The notes under the pieces: model-generated
Told to the model about the DNA's origin: nothing
The model's input: only the letters and a program-made list of their open reading frames with translations
Database searches by the model: none
Assembly (NCBI RefSeq): GCF_036321535.1
Contig: NC_087473.1
Span: 14,384,001 to 14,448,000, forward strand
DNA length: 64,000 bases
Origin: Camelus dromedarius
Taxonomy: Eukaryota
Reading direction: 5' to 3'
Shown: piece by piece, positions 28,618 to 43,058 of the stretch
Layout of the letters: every line of letters begins with the position of its first letter
Numbering within the stretch: the first letter of the stretch is position 1
Translations under genes and position numbers: made by a program

Positions 28618-31600
28618 AACGAGAGCCCGGAGGCGTGTGCAGACGCGCGTGAGACCGGCGGCCGGGGTCTGGGGCGCCGGAGAGGAGCGAGGAAAGCATC
28701 GCCAGTGGAGGTTGCAGAGGGTGGGCAGCACGTACCCGGAATGAGGCCGAGAGAGACGTCAACAGGCTAACGAGTGCTCCTGTCTTGCTCGCGTGCTGTG
28801 TGATTGTCCGGGGGTCGCCGAGTGGTGATGTTCCGGCCCAGTCCGGTGGGGCTTTTGAAGCGGCTGCCCGTGTGTGGCAGAGAGGCGGGCCTGTGGGAGT
28901 GGAGGACGTGGGAAGGGCAGGCCTCGGCTGCTGCTCCGGGGATGCCAGGTTGCCTCCGAACAGGGCAGGGTCTGGGAGCAGGAGGCAACGAAAGAGACAA
29001 GCTGGCGTGCTGGGGACCTGTTGCGCAGGCCGGGGAAGGAGACGGGGACCGGTGCTGGCGGGCAGGGGCCTCGGGGCCCGCTGTGGCTTGGGTTCAGCGT
29101 TCACCCTGCTCGCGGAGCCTCACGCAGCCCCCTCCGTCTGGGGTGTGCGCCACACGTCGGCCCCACGCCAGACGGGCGACTTCTTAAGCCCAGGGCCCCC
29201 GTCCGCCCCCAGGCGCCCCAGGAGGCAGGCTGTGAGTGTGGAATCCTTCCGGGCACGACCCCGCTCAGCCCTGGCTGGGTGGGGCTGTGCAGGACTCCAA
29301 GCAAGTGTGAGGGAAGGCGTGTGTGAGCTGTGGCTGTGGCCCCGTGCCGGCGCGTGAGGTTGTGCGGGTGAGGGAGCAGGGGAGCAGGCGGGCAAGGGTG
29401 CCGGGCTGTTTGCGGGCAGGGGCTGGGCGAGAGCGGGAAAGCCCGGCGCCTCCGGGGGCTGGGGCAGCAGCGAGAGATTGCTGGCTTTCAGGCTCCGGGG
29501 TCTTGGGGAGGGGAGGAACTGGCAGACAGGAGCCCCTTCCCCCTGCTGGAAAGGCCTCCCGGGGCGTGAGCGCCTTCCTTTCCCTGGGGTCTCCTCGTGG
29601 GGCGCAACAGTCCGAGGGGCGAAGGTCAGGGGGCGGGGCCGCAGGGCCCGCGCCGCCCCAGACCGGCAGTGTGCCGCCTCCCCTCTCTCCCACGCCGGCG
29701 GTGCGCCGCGGCGGGCTATGCCGCTCTTCAGGCTGTGTGACACGTAGGCCGAAAGCTTCTACCCGAGTCTGCGCTGGCTAGCTAAGGGGCCCGAACATTC
29801 AGAGTAACTCACGCTTCTCCTCGGGACACAGTCCCTGCGGCTCTGTCCTGGTCAGGGAACTGCCACCCACACGTCCCTCCAACACACAGCCCCGAGCTGC
29901 CTGGGCTCCAGGCCACCGGAAGGGGACAGTCCTGGGGCACACAGATCTCGGGCAAGGGGCCTCTGGGAGGGATGGCGGCAGGCGGTGGGGGTCTGTTGGG
30001 GGGGTGGCGGGGGGCGAGTGGGCAGGGCTGGGGTGGGGTGCGGGACGGGATGGGGAGGGCAGTCGGTGGCCAGCACCCGGCGGGGCCCTTCCCGAGGGGA
30101 CAGCCGCTTTCCGGAGACACCTGAGGTCCCCGCACAAAGCTAGGCACCGTCTCCGCGGCAGCCCGGCCCGGGAGAGAGCGGCGCGTGCCCCCTCTCTCCC
30201 TCCCGGTCCCCTGCAGTCTGGCCGCGTGGTGAGCACCTCTGTCCCCGACGACACCCCACAGCTCCCCTGCTTTGCCGCACTTTGGGGGTGTGCTTGACCG
30301 ACTGCCCCAGCAGAACGTTTCACGGTCGTGGAGGGTTGCGGTGGGAGGTTCATGGATCCCAGCCCTCCCTGGCCTCCCAGCGGCACCGGCCACCCGCTGC
30401 CAGCTGCGGCCTGTCGGGTTTGGGGACCCGAAGGCCGGAGAGCCTCCGTGTACAGTCGTAGGGTGGCAGAGGTCGCCTCTTGTCCCGCTCGGGCTGCTGC
30501 TGTCCCCGCCCCTCCCCCAGGTCAGTGCCTAGGTTCCCCTGCTCGGGAGGCACGAGGGCAGCTGCGTTGCAGGGACCCTGCGGCTGGGGCCCAGCGGGTG
30601 GGCTGAGGCGGCCGCGGTGGGTGCCCCGCAGGGCCGCGGCCCCTCAGGCCTCTAGGCCTGGCCAGGGCTCTTGGGAAGGACCTGCCAAAGGGGAAAGACT
30701 CGAGGAACGACTGGGCGGTGTTCTCACAAGGCTCGCTCCACCTTTGCCGCCCCAAGCGCCCGTAGGCGCCACGGCTGGGGTCGGGTCCGGCCTGCCCTGC
30801 AGTGGAGGCGGGGAACGTGTCGAGCCTGCGACGGGTAGGGGAGGAAGGCTTACAGGCGGCCGGCCCCCGTAGGCTCGGGTGCCGTGGCCGGGCCTCGCGG
30901 TCCCACCCGGAGGACGCGACGCGGCTTAAGTGGGGTTCTGCCTGGGGCTCGGACAAAGCTCAGACGGACGTGGGACCCGGCCAAGCCTGCTGGGGCGTTT
31001 CACCCGGGCAGCCCCAGGCGCGACGACTTGTCCGGCGCGGGTCTCCCTCATCGATGGAAGTGCGCACGGGCAGGCTCCGACTGTCGCAGGACGGGTGGCG
31101 CGTACGGACGTCGGCCAGGGGCTTGCCGGTGTCCTCCGTGGAAGGGCAGTTTCTGGGTGGGCCTTGCCCGTCTTGCTCCCCCCCTTGCCGCGGGTGCGTC
31201 TGTGTCTGTTCGTCTGACTCTGGCCGGGAGCCCCCCTGTCAGATGCCCCGGCTCCCTGCCCTCCCTCACGCCTCACATGCACGCACGTCCGTGTGCGGCT
31301 GGCGCCTTGCACGTGTCTGGCCTGTGATGCTGCGGCGCGTCCTCCGCTCTTGTCACAGGCGACCCGCGGGAGGTTCTGGGCCAGGGGGCGCCGACGGGTC
31401 ACCGCCCGTCTTAAGTCGGCCCCTTGGACGTGGCCTGGCCCACCCGTGACCTGGAGCGTGTGGCCTGAGGGACGTGTAGGCCACGAGGGAGACCTGAGCC
31501 GTGGGCGTGGCCCGCGAAGAAGGATCCAGAGAGGCCGAACGGTAGCCCTGTCATTTAGGAAGCCCCTGAGGCCCCTGAGTGGTAGCCAGGGCTCCGGGCA

Positions 31601-33970
31601 CACGAAACGGCATGCTGCCTTCTGCCCGAGGGAGGCGTGAACTGTGGTCCCCGGGGCCTGCAAGGTTCCCCAGGTGGCTCTGCGCGTGAGCGGGCGCGCG
31701 GGCGCGCCTACCCGGGTGTGTCGCGGCAGGCTCTGCGGCAGACGGCAGGACGGGAAGGGTGGCCACCTGACCTTTCCCTCGTCGGCTTCACTGGCTTCTT
31801 CCTTCAGACAGGCGGTGATCCCCACGTTCTTAAGGACCTCGTGTGGGACGCGTCGGCAAGAAAGCTTACACCTGGCCTTCTCGTGCTACAGCAGGACGGC
31901 TCTTGCAAAGGGCCCTGGCTGCCAGGGGCCTCCGAAGGCCGTGTGAGAGGCAACAGGAAGGCAGTTCAGGGCAGACACGTGCTCGTGCAGAGCCGTGGAG
32001 GGCACGAGCATCTCGCTGGGAAGCTCGCTGGGGGCACTGGGGCGCCCGGGCCATCGGCAGGAAGGGACGGGTGAGCTCCAAGACGGCTAGGCCCCAGTCA
32101 GCTCGAGATTCCTCTCCGCTTTGTCGGAGAGGACCAAGGGAAATGGCGTCGTGCCTGTGTGCTTCCCGCCGTCAGGCAGTCGAAGGCAGACGGGAGAGAA
32201 GCCAACCCAGGCGGGCGGAAGGCAGCGGTATCAGAAGCGAGAACAAGGACTCTCACGACGGGCTGCGGGAGCGGGGCGAGAGGGGCGCAGGTAAAAATCC
32301 TTTCCCCTGGAAACACAGACGGCGGGCAGCGTGTAGTCGTATAGGTCTGCACGCGTGCAGGCGTGCCTCCGCTCGTGCGTGCGCGTCTGGTGAGGAGGCC
32401 TGAGAGTGGGGCTCGAAGGCAGGCGTGCGTGCACGGACCCTGAAAACGTGACAGGCTTTCGAAACGGACGTCAACTCTGGGCCAGCTGGAATCACCGGGC
32501 TGCCAGAAGAGGCAGTGGGGAAGTCCCGTGCTTTCTGGAGAGACAGGGAAGGTGCGAAGGACGCAGGAAATAGGATAGGGCAGATTGCTTGCCGCGTGCG
32601 GAAGACCAGGGCCCCCCGCCCCCGCCCTCAGAGCGACAACCGCCTTGGAACCTCGAGCTCCTTGTCGGCCGCTCACGCGTCCTGTCCTCCCTCGGAGCAG
32701 GCCGGCAGGAAACACCTTGCCTTGCTTGTTTGGTAAGGTTCGGGAGGCCGACCAGCAGCGCTGCCTTAGCGACTGGCACACACTGGCTTTGTCGGCGAGA
32801 AAGGCTGCAGTGAAGGCGAAGGCTGGGACGGGTGCTCACCTGGAGGCTGGGCGAGAGCGGAACCACCTCCAAGGGCGTTCACACTGCGGGCAGAAGTCAC
32901 TTCCTTCCGTCTGCGGCGCTGAAGGCGTGCCGTGCGGTGGCCGCCGACGCGGGTGGCGTCCTGAACACCTTACTGTCTGGGCTGCCAAACACCACCGTTC
33001 GGGGGGAGGTGGGGGGTCCAGCGTGCCGGCAAACCGCGTCGTCCCTCTCCCTGTCTCTGTCTGCACAGGCTGGCCAGGGCTTCGTCTTGCGCGGTGTCGG
33101 GCGATCCCGGCGGCGACGGATGCCGGTCACCTTTGCTGGCTGGGAGAAAGGCACGGCCTGGCCGCTCTAGCACAGGAAGGGCGTCGTGCAATGGTGTGGA
33201 CGCGCCCACGTCCAGACTGTGGGGTTCCGCTGGCCCGGGCGGAGAGGTCTTCTGTTTCCGGGCAGCGTGGCTTTCCGCAAGACTTTATGTGTCTGTGGGA
33301 GCTAACAGAGATCCCGGGAACGGGAGGGGAGGGGGCGAGGGAGGGAGGGAGGGAGCGGAAGGGGAGACACTCACACGCACACGCACACACACGCGCACAC
33401 GCAGAGACACACAGACAGAGACACGGAGAGTCACAGCAAGGGGGAGACAGGGAGAGAGAGCGAGACAAAGAGAGAGCACTCTGCTGCATGGCTTTTCTCG
33501 TCCTGAGCCCAGCAGTTCACCGCTGACAGACACTGGCTGGAAGCAGAGTACCCAGGCTGTCTTTCCCTCTGGAGCTCAGCAGAGTTCCCAGGGGGTGAAG
33601 TGGCTGCGTGAAACCGGAGCGACAGGTGGTCGGGGCTGGGGAGGGTGGAGGGCACGTGGTAGGAGGTGACAGAACCCGAAGAGGTGTCATCGGGCCGCCG
33701 GGCAGTGCCAGAGAGATGCAAGGCCGGAGGCCTCCCTGGAGGCAGCGCGCGGCCCAGCTGCCCCCTGGAGGCTGGGCAGGGAGCTGGGCTGAACGCTGGG
33801 GCTGCGGAGGCCAGGCGGCGGGCCGGGTTCCCTGCCGGGGGGGCGGGGCCTTGCAGGGTGACGCCCACTGGCCGCTCCCCGACTGGTCGGGAGGTGGGGC
33901 GAGAGGCCTGGGCCCGACTTGACTCGGGCCTCCTTCCCGCCAAGCTCCAAATTCCCACGGGCCTGCGGGA

Positions 33971-34040
33971 GGCGGGGCGGGGGCGGGGGCGGGGGCGGAG
34001 GCGGGGGCGGTGGGCGGGCACGAGGCCATGCGCATGCGCC
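33971..34040 (+). promoter_or_regulatory. Putative promoter, copy 5: GC-box array plus NRF1-type motif
   Basis: Six RGGCGG units; TGCGCATGCGCC at 34029-34040. Confidence 0.6.
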
Positions 34041-34359
34041 CCAGCTGCCCGGGGGCCGCGCAGCAGGCCGCCGGGGCCGAGTGACAGCGACCCCGACCCC
34101 TGGAAGACCCAAGCGCCGGCGCCAGCGCCGACGCGCGGGGACCTCGGCCGCTCGGCCGGCTCCTCCGGCCACGTGCTGCGCCTCCGCCTCCCGCTCCTTG
34201 CTCCTGGGCCTTGGCAGCTGCGGCTCGCAGCTCAGGGCCAGGGCCACACGGCCAGTGAGGCGGGGGCCCGGGGAAGGCGGGCCTCCCCAGGAATCCTGGG
34301 TGGCCTTAGCTGTGGGAGGGGGTCTTCAGGAGGCAGGGGCCCGCGGGCGTCCCGCTGCC

Positions 34360-35044
34360 ATGGCAGGGCTGTGGACAGAGCAGGCACTAGCGGGTGGCAG
34401 GTGCGAGGAGGCCAGCAGCCTCAGGGTGGAGGCCGTGCGGCAGGGAGCGTCGGCGGCGGCTGAGGCGGCGGCGGCGACGGCGGCAGCGGCAGCTGCATCG
34501 TCGGAGGCGGAGGTTGTGGGCATGGGGGAGGCCTTGGTGCTGCTGGCGGACGACATCATGGAGGCTGTGGTGGAGGTGGTGGCGGAGGAGCAGGAGGAGC
34601 AGGAGTCGCAGGAGGAGGAGGAGGAGGAGGAGGAGGAGGAGGTGGAGGAGGTGGTGGAGGAGGTGGTGGAGGAGGTGGTGCAGGCCAAGGAGCGGGAAGA
34701 GAAGCCCCGGAAGCAGGGGCGCGCAGAGCCAGGGCGCGGACCCCCGACCTCCCTGAGCCCGCTGGAGGCCCTGGGGGCCCTTCAGTTAGAGCTGAGCGCT
34801 GTGAACGCCCAAGCCAACAGGGCCTACTTGCGGCTCAAGCGCAGGGTCCGTCGGAGGCGGGAGCCTCGTTTGGATCGAAGAAGAGCCATCATCCAGGACA
34901 TCCCCGGCTTCTGGGCCAAAGCTGTATCCTTGCTGCTGCTCCTTGGGGTTGGCTGCTGCCGGAGGGCAGGAGGGGGAACAGGGCGAGAAGGAGGTTGGGC
35001 CAGGGGGAGGGGGAGGAGGAGGGCAGGCGGCAACGGGCTGGGCC

Positions 35045-35075
<31 letters not shown>

Positions 35076-37659
35076 TGGGGGCGGCAAAGGGCAGGGTGGG
35101 GAGGGGAAGCAGGAGGAGAAGGAAGAGGAGGACCGGGAGCGGCGGAACCAGGGGCAGGAGGAAGGGAGGAAGGCGGGCGCCAAGGCCAAGGGAAGAGGGC
35201 TGAGAGTGGAGGCATGGAGGCCTGCAAGGGCACAGCATGAGGGCGCTGAGGGCCAAAGGCCAAACGTGCAGGCGTGGGAGCGCCAACTTTGGGTGGATCC
35301 TTCTGGCCTGGGGCCTGCAGGGGAAGCCTTCCTGGGGTCAAGGAGCGCATGGCAACAGTGAACAGCGCGTGCAGAGCCCCCAGCACCCTCCCCACAGAGC
35401 AGAGAGTGGAAGCGTGCAGTCTCCCGGGGAAATCCCAGGAGACCGGTGGGCGTGCCAGGACCCATCCCAGTCAGCCAGAGGCTGTGGACTTGTTGCCGCC
35501 ACGTCCCTGCCGAAGCAGCAGGTCGTCCGCGGCCAGGTGTGAGCTGCAAGAGGCCCCCGTCCCGGGCAAGACTACGGGACCCCAGACACGCCCTCGGGTG
35601 GGCTCCCAGCCTGGCCTCCACCGGCCCTTCTCGTGCAGGCAGAAGCACGTGCCCTCCCCGTTGCACCCTGTGAGTCCCCCGGAGCTGCAGCCCTAGCCAC
35701 GCAGACAGACTCCTCTCACCCCGGAGGGCGGCTTGAAGGCCCGGGGCTTCCTGTCAGCACCCGTGGCCCGCCCCCTACTCAGAGGACGCGTGGGTCCACG
35801 GGGGCAGGGCACATCCCGACTCCGCGAGCGGTGACGAGCCTGCAGCCAGCACACACAGGCCAGCCACAGGTCGGGGACGGTCGGGGAACAGGCCCTCCCC
35901 GAGGGGGTGTCGACGGCCCAAGATGCACGGGAAGGCCGGAACCCCGCCGCCACGCGCCTGTGAGACGGCAGGGCAGGGCCCGAGGAGGTCGGCGGGGCGG
36001 GGCGAGGGGGGGGTGGGCAGCAGTGCGCGCCCGGAGTCCTGGCAGATCGCCCGTCCGGTCTCTTCCTCTGGCCCCAGCCTGGCTGTGTTGGCTGTGGCTC
36101 TTCCAGCCGTAGCACGTGAAGGCTCCTTGACCTACTGAAGATTGTGAGTCACCCCCAGCTGTCGGCCTTGATCAGTGACCAAGACGAAGACGTGCTGAGC
36201 TACATGATCACCTTGGAGGTCAGGCCGGGCAGACGGAGGCCACGGTGGTGGGGTGGGGGGATGCGGGGAGGAGGGGGCCGGGTGTCCCCGAGGGCCGGGT
36301 GCGAGCAGCGGGAGAGCGGAAGGGGAAGTGGTTCATCCCTGCCGGGCAGGCCAGCTCAGGTGGCCGGGAAGAGCCGTCACTCTTCTCCTGCTGTTGGGCG
36401 TGGCAGGCGCAGGAACTGGGCCGCCCCGAGTACCGCTGCAGGTTGATGTTCTTCTTCCGGAGCAACCCCTACTTCTGCAACCAAGTGATCCTTAAGGAGT
36501 ATCACCTTAGCTTCGCAGGTAGGCGGGCTGTCCCGGGATGGGGGAAGGCGGCGGGGCGGGGCGGTGTGTGCCCGGGAGGCCTTGGATGCTGGGCCAGCGG
36601 GATCCCTCCCCTCAGCGTATGCCCCGCTCTTCCTCTAGGCTACAGGGCGTATAGTTCCACTCCAGTGCAGTGGTTCTGGGATTACGAACGGGGAGCCCCC
36701 AGCCGCAGGCAGGACGCCGTCAGCCTTAACTTCCTCAACTGGTTGTCAGGCCACGACTGCCCCGGGTCTGACAGGATTGCTGAGGTGGGGGTCCCCCGGG
36801 GCCTGGTCGGAAATGGCGACGTCGGCGGTGGCCAGCAGCTCGGGGAAGGGGCGTGGGCCCTGTCCCGACCTGCCCGTTCCCTCCGCCAGATCATCGTCGA
36901 GGACCTGTGGCCCAACCCCCTGCGCTACTACCCGAGGGAGCAAGGCGCCGGGAGAGGTAACTGGGAGGGGGGCACGTCCCTGAGGAGCCCCGGGGCAGGG
37001 GGTGTTGGCGAAGGGTGTTTCCAGGACCCTTTCCCAATCGGGGTGAGGCAGGCTGAGACAAGCCTGGGAGCGGGGCGACCCCAGGCCGCCCAGGGAGCGG
37101 GCGTGAGGGTGAGCCAGGGGCCCGGAGGACCCAGGCGCACGCGCAGAGCACCGAAGCTTTCGGCTTTCGCGGAACGTCCCAGGGGTGTCCGCGAAAGGAG
37201 CGGGCCTCCTCAGGCACCCTCGTGTGCGTCGGCACACCCTGGCTTCGGCCCTCCCTGGGGCCTGGTCCGACTGCCTCCGCGCTTGGGATCAGCTGGGCCC
37301 CTGCGTCCGCCCCCGGCCGCCTGGCCAAGGCCTCCAGACGCTGAGGAGGTGGGCTCCCTGAATGTCCAGGCGCATCCCTCAGCGACCCGGCTCCACCCGG
37401 ACGGTCCTGGAAAGGGCCGCAGGCTGTCTGGAGGCCACTGGGGAGGCGCCCGGGGAGAAAGGGCGGGGCGTGCCGCCTGTTGCGCGCCATCTCTCCGGTT
37501 GTCTGTTGGACACAGGCCGCTTCAGCTGCGCCTTGGGTTGTTCCCGTGCGTGTCCGTGTCGGTCTGTGCCCGCGTGCCCGCGAGCAGGCTTCCTCATGCG
37601 TCGGTGGTCCTGCAGAGCCAGCGGTGAAGGCGACGGAGCAGGAGAGTTCGGCCGAGTAG
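34360..37659 (+). CDS. TSPY: TSPY copy 5, ~336 aa. Exons 34360-34923, 36141-36218, 36407-36518, 36639-36784, 36890-36956, 37616-37659 (last exon inferred)
   Basis: Open spliced frame. Exon 1 is 188 codons with R5W, A4-T-A6, E10 and three VEEV blocks. Confidence 0.93.
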
Positions 37660-40600
37660 AACGAGAGCCCGGAGGCGTGTGCAGACGCGCGTGAGACCGG
37701 CGGCCGGGGTCTGGGGCGCCGGAGAGGAGCGAGGAAAGCATCGCCAGTGGAGGTTGCAGAGGGTGGGCAGCACGTACCCGGAATGAGGCCGAGAGAGACG
37801 TCAACAGGCTAACGAGTGCTCCTGTCTTGCTCGCGTGCTGTGTGATTGTCCGGGGGTCGCCGAGTGGTGATGTTCCGGCCCAGTCCGGTGGGGCTTTTGA
37901 AGCGGCTGCCCGTGTGTGGCAGAGAGGCGGGCCTGTGGGAGTGGAGGACGTGGGAAGGGCAGGCCTCGGCTGCTGCTCCGGGGATGCCAGGTTGCCTCCG
38001 AACAGGGCAGGGTCTGGGAGCAGGAGGCAACGAAAGAGACAAGCTGGCGTGCTGGGGACCTGTTGCGCAGGCCGGGGAAGGAGACGGGGACCGGTGCTGG
38101 CGGGCAGGGGCCTCGGGGCCCGCTGTGGCTTGGGTTCAGCGTTCACCCTGCTCGCGGAGCCTCACGCAGCCCCCTCCGTCTGGGGTGTGCGCCACACGTC
38201 GGCCCCACGCCAGACGGGCGACTTCTTAAGCCCAGGGCCCCCGTCCGCCCCCAGGCGCCCCAGGAGGCAGGCTGTGAGTGTGGAATCCTTCCGGGCACGA
38301 CCCCGCTCAGCCCTGGCTGGGTGGGGCTGTGCAGGACTCCAAGCAAGTGTGAGGGAAGGCGTGTGTGAGCTGTGGCTGTGGCCCCGTGCCGGCGCGTGAG
38401 GTTGTGCGGGTGAGGGAGCAGGGGAGCAGGCGGGCAAGGGTGCCGGGCTGTTTGCGGGCAGGGGCTGGGCGAGAGCGGGAAAGCCCGGCGCCTCCGGGGG
38501 CTGGGGCAGCAGCGAGAGATTGCTGGCTTTCAGGCTCCGGGGTCTTGGGGAGGGGAGGAACTGGCAGACAGGAGCCCCTTCCCCCTGCTGGAAAGGCCTC
38601 CCGGGGCGTGAGCGCCTTCCTTTCCCTGGGGTCTCCTCGTGGGGCGCAACAGTCCGAGGGGCGAAGGTCAGGGGGCGGGGCCGCAGGGCCCGCGCCGCCC
38701 CAGACCGGCAGTGTGCCGCCTCCCCTCTCTCCCACGCCGGCGGTGCGCCGCGGCGGGCTATGCCGCTCTTCAGGCTGTGTGACACGTAGGCCGAAAGCTT
38801 CTACCCGAGTCTGCGCTGGCTAGCTAAGGGGCCCGAACATTCAGAGTAACTCACGCTTCTCCTCGGGACACAGTCCCTGCGGCTCTGTCCTGGTCAGGGA
38901 ACTGCCACCCACACGTCCCTCCAACACACAGCCCCGAGCTGCCTGGGCTCCAGGCCACCGGAAGGGGACAGTCCTGGGGCACACAGATCTCGGGCAAGGG
39001 GCCTCTGGGAGGGATGGCGGCAGGCGGTGGGGGTCTGTTGGGGGGGTGGCGGGGGGCGAGTGGGCAGGGCTGGGGTGGGGTGCGGGACGGGATGGGGAGG
39101 GCAGTCGGTGGCCAGCACCCGGCGGGGCCCTTCCCGAGGGGACAGCCGCTTTCCGGAGACACCTGAGGTCCCCGCACAAAGCTAGGCACCGTCTCCGCGG
39201 CAGCCCGGCCCGGGAGAGAGCGGCGCGTGCCCCCTCTCTCCCTCCCGGTCCCCTGCAGTCTGGCCGCGTGGTGAGCACCTCTGTCCCCGACGACACCCCA
39301 CAGCGCCCCTGCTTTGCCGCACTTTGGGGGTGTGCTTGACCGACTGCCCCAGCAGAACGTTTCACGGTCGTGGAGGGTTGCGGTGGGAGGTTCATGGATC
39401 CCAGCCCTCCCTGGCCTCCCAGCGGCACCGGCCACCCGCTGCCAGCTGCGGCCTGTCGGGTTTGGGGACCCGAAGGCCGGAGAGCCTCCGTGTACAGTCG
39501 TAGGGTGGCAGAGGTCGCCTCTTGTCCCGCTCGGGCTGCTGCTGTCCCCGCCCCTCCCCCAGGTCAGTGCCTAGGTTCCCCTGCTCGGGAGGCACGAGGG
39601 CAGCTGCGTTGCAGGGACCCTGCGGCTGGGGCCCAGCGGGTGGGCTGAGGCGGCCGCGGTGGGCGCCCCGCAGGGCCGCGGCCCCTCAGGCCTCTAGGCC
39701 TGGCCAGGGCTCTTGGGAAGGACCTGCCAAAGGGGAAAGACTCGAGGAACGACTGGGCGGTGTTCTCACAAGGCTCGCTCCACCTTTGCCGCCCCAAGCG
39801 CCCGTAGGCGCCACGGCTGGGGTCGGGTCCGGCCTGCCCTGCAGTGGAGGCGGGGAACGTGTCGAGCCTGCGACGGGTAGGGGAGGAAGGCTTACAGGCG
39901 GCCGGCCCCCGTAGGCTCGGGTGCCGTGGCCGGGCCTCGCGGTCCCACCCGGAGGACGCGACGCGGCTTAAGTGGGGTTCTGCCTGGGGCTCGGACAAAG
40001 CTCAGACGGACGTGGGACCCGGCCAAGCCTGCTGGGGCGTTTCACCCGGGCAGCCCCAGGCGCGACGACTTGTCCGGCGCGGGTCTCCCTCATCGATGGA
40101 AGTGCGCACGGGCAGGCTCCGACTGTCGCAGGACGGGTGGCGCGTACGGACGTCGGCCAGGGGCTTGCCGGTGTCCTCCGTGGAAGGGCAGTTTCTGGGT
40201 GGGCCTTGCCCGTCTTGCTCCCCCCCTTGCCGCGGGTGCGTCTGTGTCTGTTCGTCTGACTCTGGCCGGGAGCCCCCCTGTCAGATGCCCCGGCTCCCTG
40301 CCCTCCCTCACGCCTCACATGCACGCACGTCCGTGTGCGGCTGGCGCCTTGCACGTGTCTGGCCTGTGATGCTGCGGCGCGTCCTCCGCTCTTGTCACAG
40401 GCGACCCGCGGGAGGTTCTGGGCCAGGGGGCGCCGACGGGTCACCGCCCGTCTTAAGTCGGCCCCTTGGACGTGGCCTGGCCCACCCGTGACCTGGAGCG
40501 TGTGGCCTGAGGGACGTGTAGGCCACGAGGGAGACCTGAGCCGTGGGCGTGGCCCGCGAAGAAGGATCCAGAGAGGCCGAACGGTAGCCCTGTCATTTAG

Positions 40601-43012
40601 GAAGCCCCTGAGGCCCCTGAGTGGTAGCCAGGGCTCCGGGCACACGAAACGGCATGCTGCCTTCTGCCCGAGGGAGGCGTGAACTGTGGTCCCCGGGGCC
40701 TGCAAGGTTCCCCAGGTGGCTCTGCGCGTGAGCGGGCGCGCGGGCGCGCCTACCCGGGTGTGTCGCGGCAGGCTCTGCGGCAGACGGCAGGACGGGAAGG
40801 GTGGCCACCTGACCTTTCCCTCGTCGGCTTCACTGGCTTCTTCCTTCAGACAGGCGGTGATCCCCACGTTCTTAAGGACCTCGTGTGGGACGCGTCGGCA
40901 AGAAAGCTTACACCTGGCCTTCTCGTGCTACAGCAGGACGGCTCTTGCAAAGGGCCCTGGCTGCCAGGGGCCTCCGAAGGCCGTGTGAGAGGCAACAGGA
41001 AGGCAGTTCAGGGCAGACACGTGCTCGTGCAGAGCCGTGGAGGGCACGAGCATCTCGCTGGGAAGCTCGCTGGGGGCACTGGGGCACCCGGGCCATCGGC
41101 AGGAAGGGACGGGTGAGCTCCAAGACGGCTAGGCCCCAGTCAGCTCGAGATTCCTCTCCGCTTTGTCGGAGAGGACCAAGGGAAATGGCGTCGTGCCTGT
41201 GTGCTTCCCGCCGTCAGGCAGTCGAAGGCAGACGGGAGAGAAGCCAACCCAGGCGGGCGGAAGGCAGCGGTATCAGAAGCGAGAACAAGGACTCTCACGA
41301 CGGGCTGCGGGAGCGGGGCGAGAGGGGCGCAGGTAAAAATCCTTTCCCCTGGAAACACAGACGGCGGGCAGCGTGTAGTCGTATAGGTCTGCACGCGTGC
41401 AGGCGTGCCTCCGCTCGTGCGTGCGCGTCTGGTGAGGAGGCCTGAGAGTGGGGCTCGAAGGCAGGCGTGCGTGCACGGACCCTGAAAACGTGACAGGCTT
41501 TCGAAACGGACGTCAACTCTGGGCCAGCTGGAATCACCGGGCTGCCAGAAGAGGCAGTGGGGAAGTCCCGTGCTTTCTGGAGAGACAGGGAAGGTGCGAA
41601 GGACGCAGGAAATAGGATAGGGCAGATTGCTTGCCGCGTGCGGAAGACCAGGGCCCCCCGCCCCCGCCCTCAGAGCGACAACCGCCTTGGAACCTCGAGC
41701 TCCTTGTCGGCCGCTCACGCGTCCTGTCCTCCCTCGGAGCAGGCCGGCAGGAAACACCTTGCCTTGCTTGTTTGGTAAGGTTCGGGAGGCCGACCAGCAG
41801 CGCTGCCTTAGCGACTGGCACACACTGGCTTTGTCGGCGAGAAAGGCTGCAGTGAAGGCGAAGGCTGGGACGGGTGCTCACCTGGAGGCTGGGCGAGAGC
41901 GGAACCACCTCCAAGGGCGTTCACACTGCGGGCAGAAGTCACTTCCTTCCGTCTGCGGCGCTGAAGGCGTGCCGTGCGGTGGCCGCCGACGCGGGTGGCG
42001 TCCTGAACACCTTACTGTCTGGGCTGCCAAACACCACCGTTCGGGGGGAGGTGGGGGGTCCAGCGTGCCGGCAAACCGCGTCGTCCCTCTCCCTGTCTCT
42101 GTCTGCACAGGCTGGCCAGGGCTTCGTCTTGCGCGGTGTCGGGCGATCCCGGCGGCGACGGATGCCGGTCACCTTTGCTGGCTGGGAGAAAGGCACGGCC
42201 TGGCCGCTCTAGCACAGGAAGGGCGTCGTGCAATGGTGTGGACGCGCCCACGTCCAGACTGTGGGGTTCCGCTGGCCCGGGCGGAGAGGTCTTCTGTTTC
42301 CGGGCAGCGTGGCTTTCCGCAAGACTTTATGTGTCTGTGGGAGCTAACAGAGATCCCGGGAACGGGAGGGGAGGGGGCGAGGGAGGGAGGGAGGGAGCGG
42401 AAGGGGAGACACTCACACGCACACGCACACACACGCGCACACGCAGAGACACACAGACAGAGACACGGAGAGTCACAGCAAGGGGGAGACAGGGAGAGAG
42501 AGCGAGACAAAGAGAGAGCACTCTGCTGCATGGCTTTTCTCGTCCTGAGCCCAGCAGTTCACCGCTGACAGACACTGGCTGGAAGCAGAGTACCCAGGCT
42601 GTCTTTCCCTCTGGAGCTCAGCAGAGTTCCCAGGGGGTGAAGTGGCTGCGTGAAACCGGAGCGACAGGTGGTCGGGGCTGGGGAGGGTGGAGGGCACGTG
42701 GTGGGAGGTGACAGAACCCGAAGAGGTGTCAGCGGGCCGCCGGGCAGTGCCAGAGAGATGCAAGGCCGGAGGCCTCCCTGGAGGCAGCGCGCGGCCCAGC
42801 TGCCCCCTGGAGGCTGGGCAGGGAGCTGGGCTGAACGCTGGGGCTGCGGAGGCCAGGCGGCGGGCCGGGTTCCCGGCCGGGGGGGCGGGGCCTTGCAGGG
42901 TGACGCCCACTGGCCGCTCCCCGACTGGTCGGGAGGTGGGGCGAGAGGCCTGGGCCCGACTTGACTCGGGCCTCCTTCCCGCCAAGCTCCAAATTCCCAC
43001 GGGCCTGCGGGA

Positions 43013-43058
43013 GGCGGGGCGGGGGCGGTGGGCGGGCACGAGGCCATGCGCATGCGCC
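43013..43058 (+). promoter_or_regulatory. Putative promoter, copy 6: GC-box array plus NRF1-type motif
   Basis: Two RGGCGG units; TGCGCATGCGCC at 43047-43058. Confidence 0.6.
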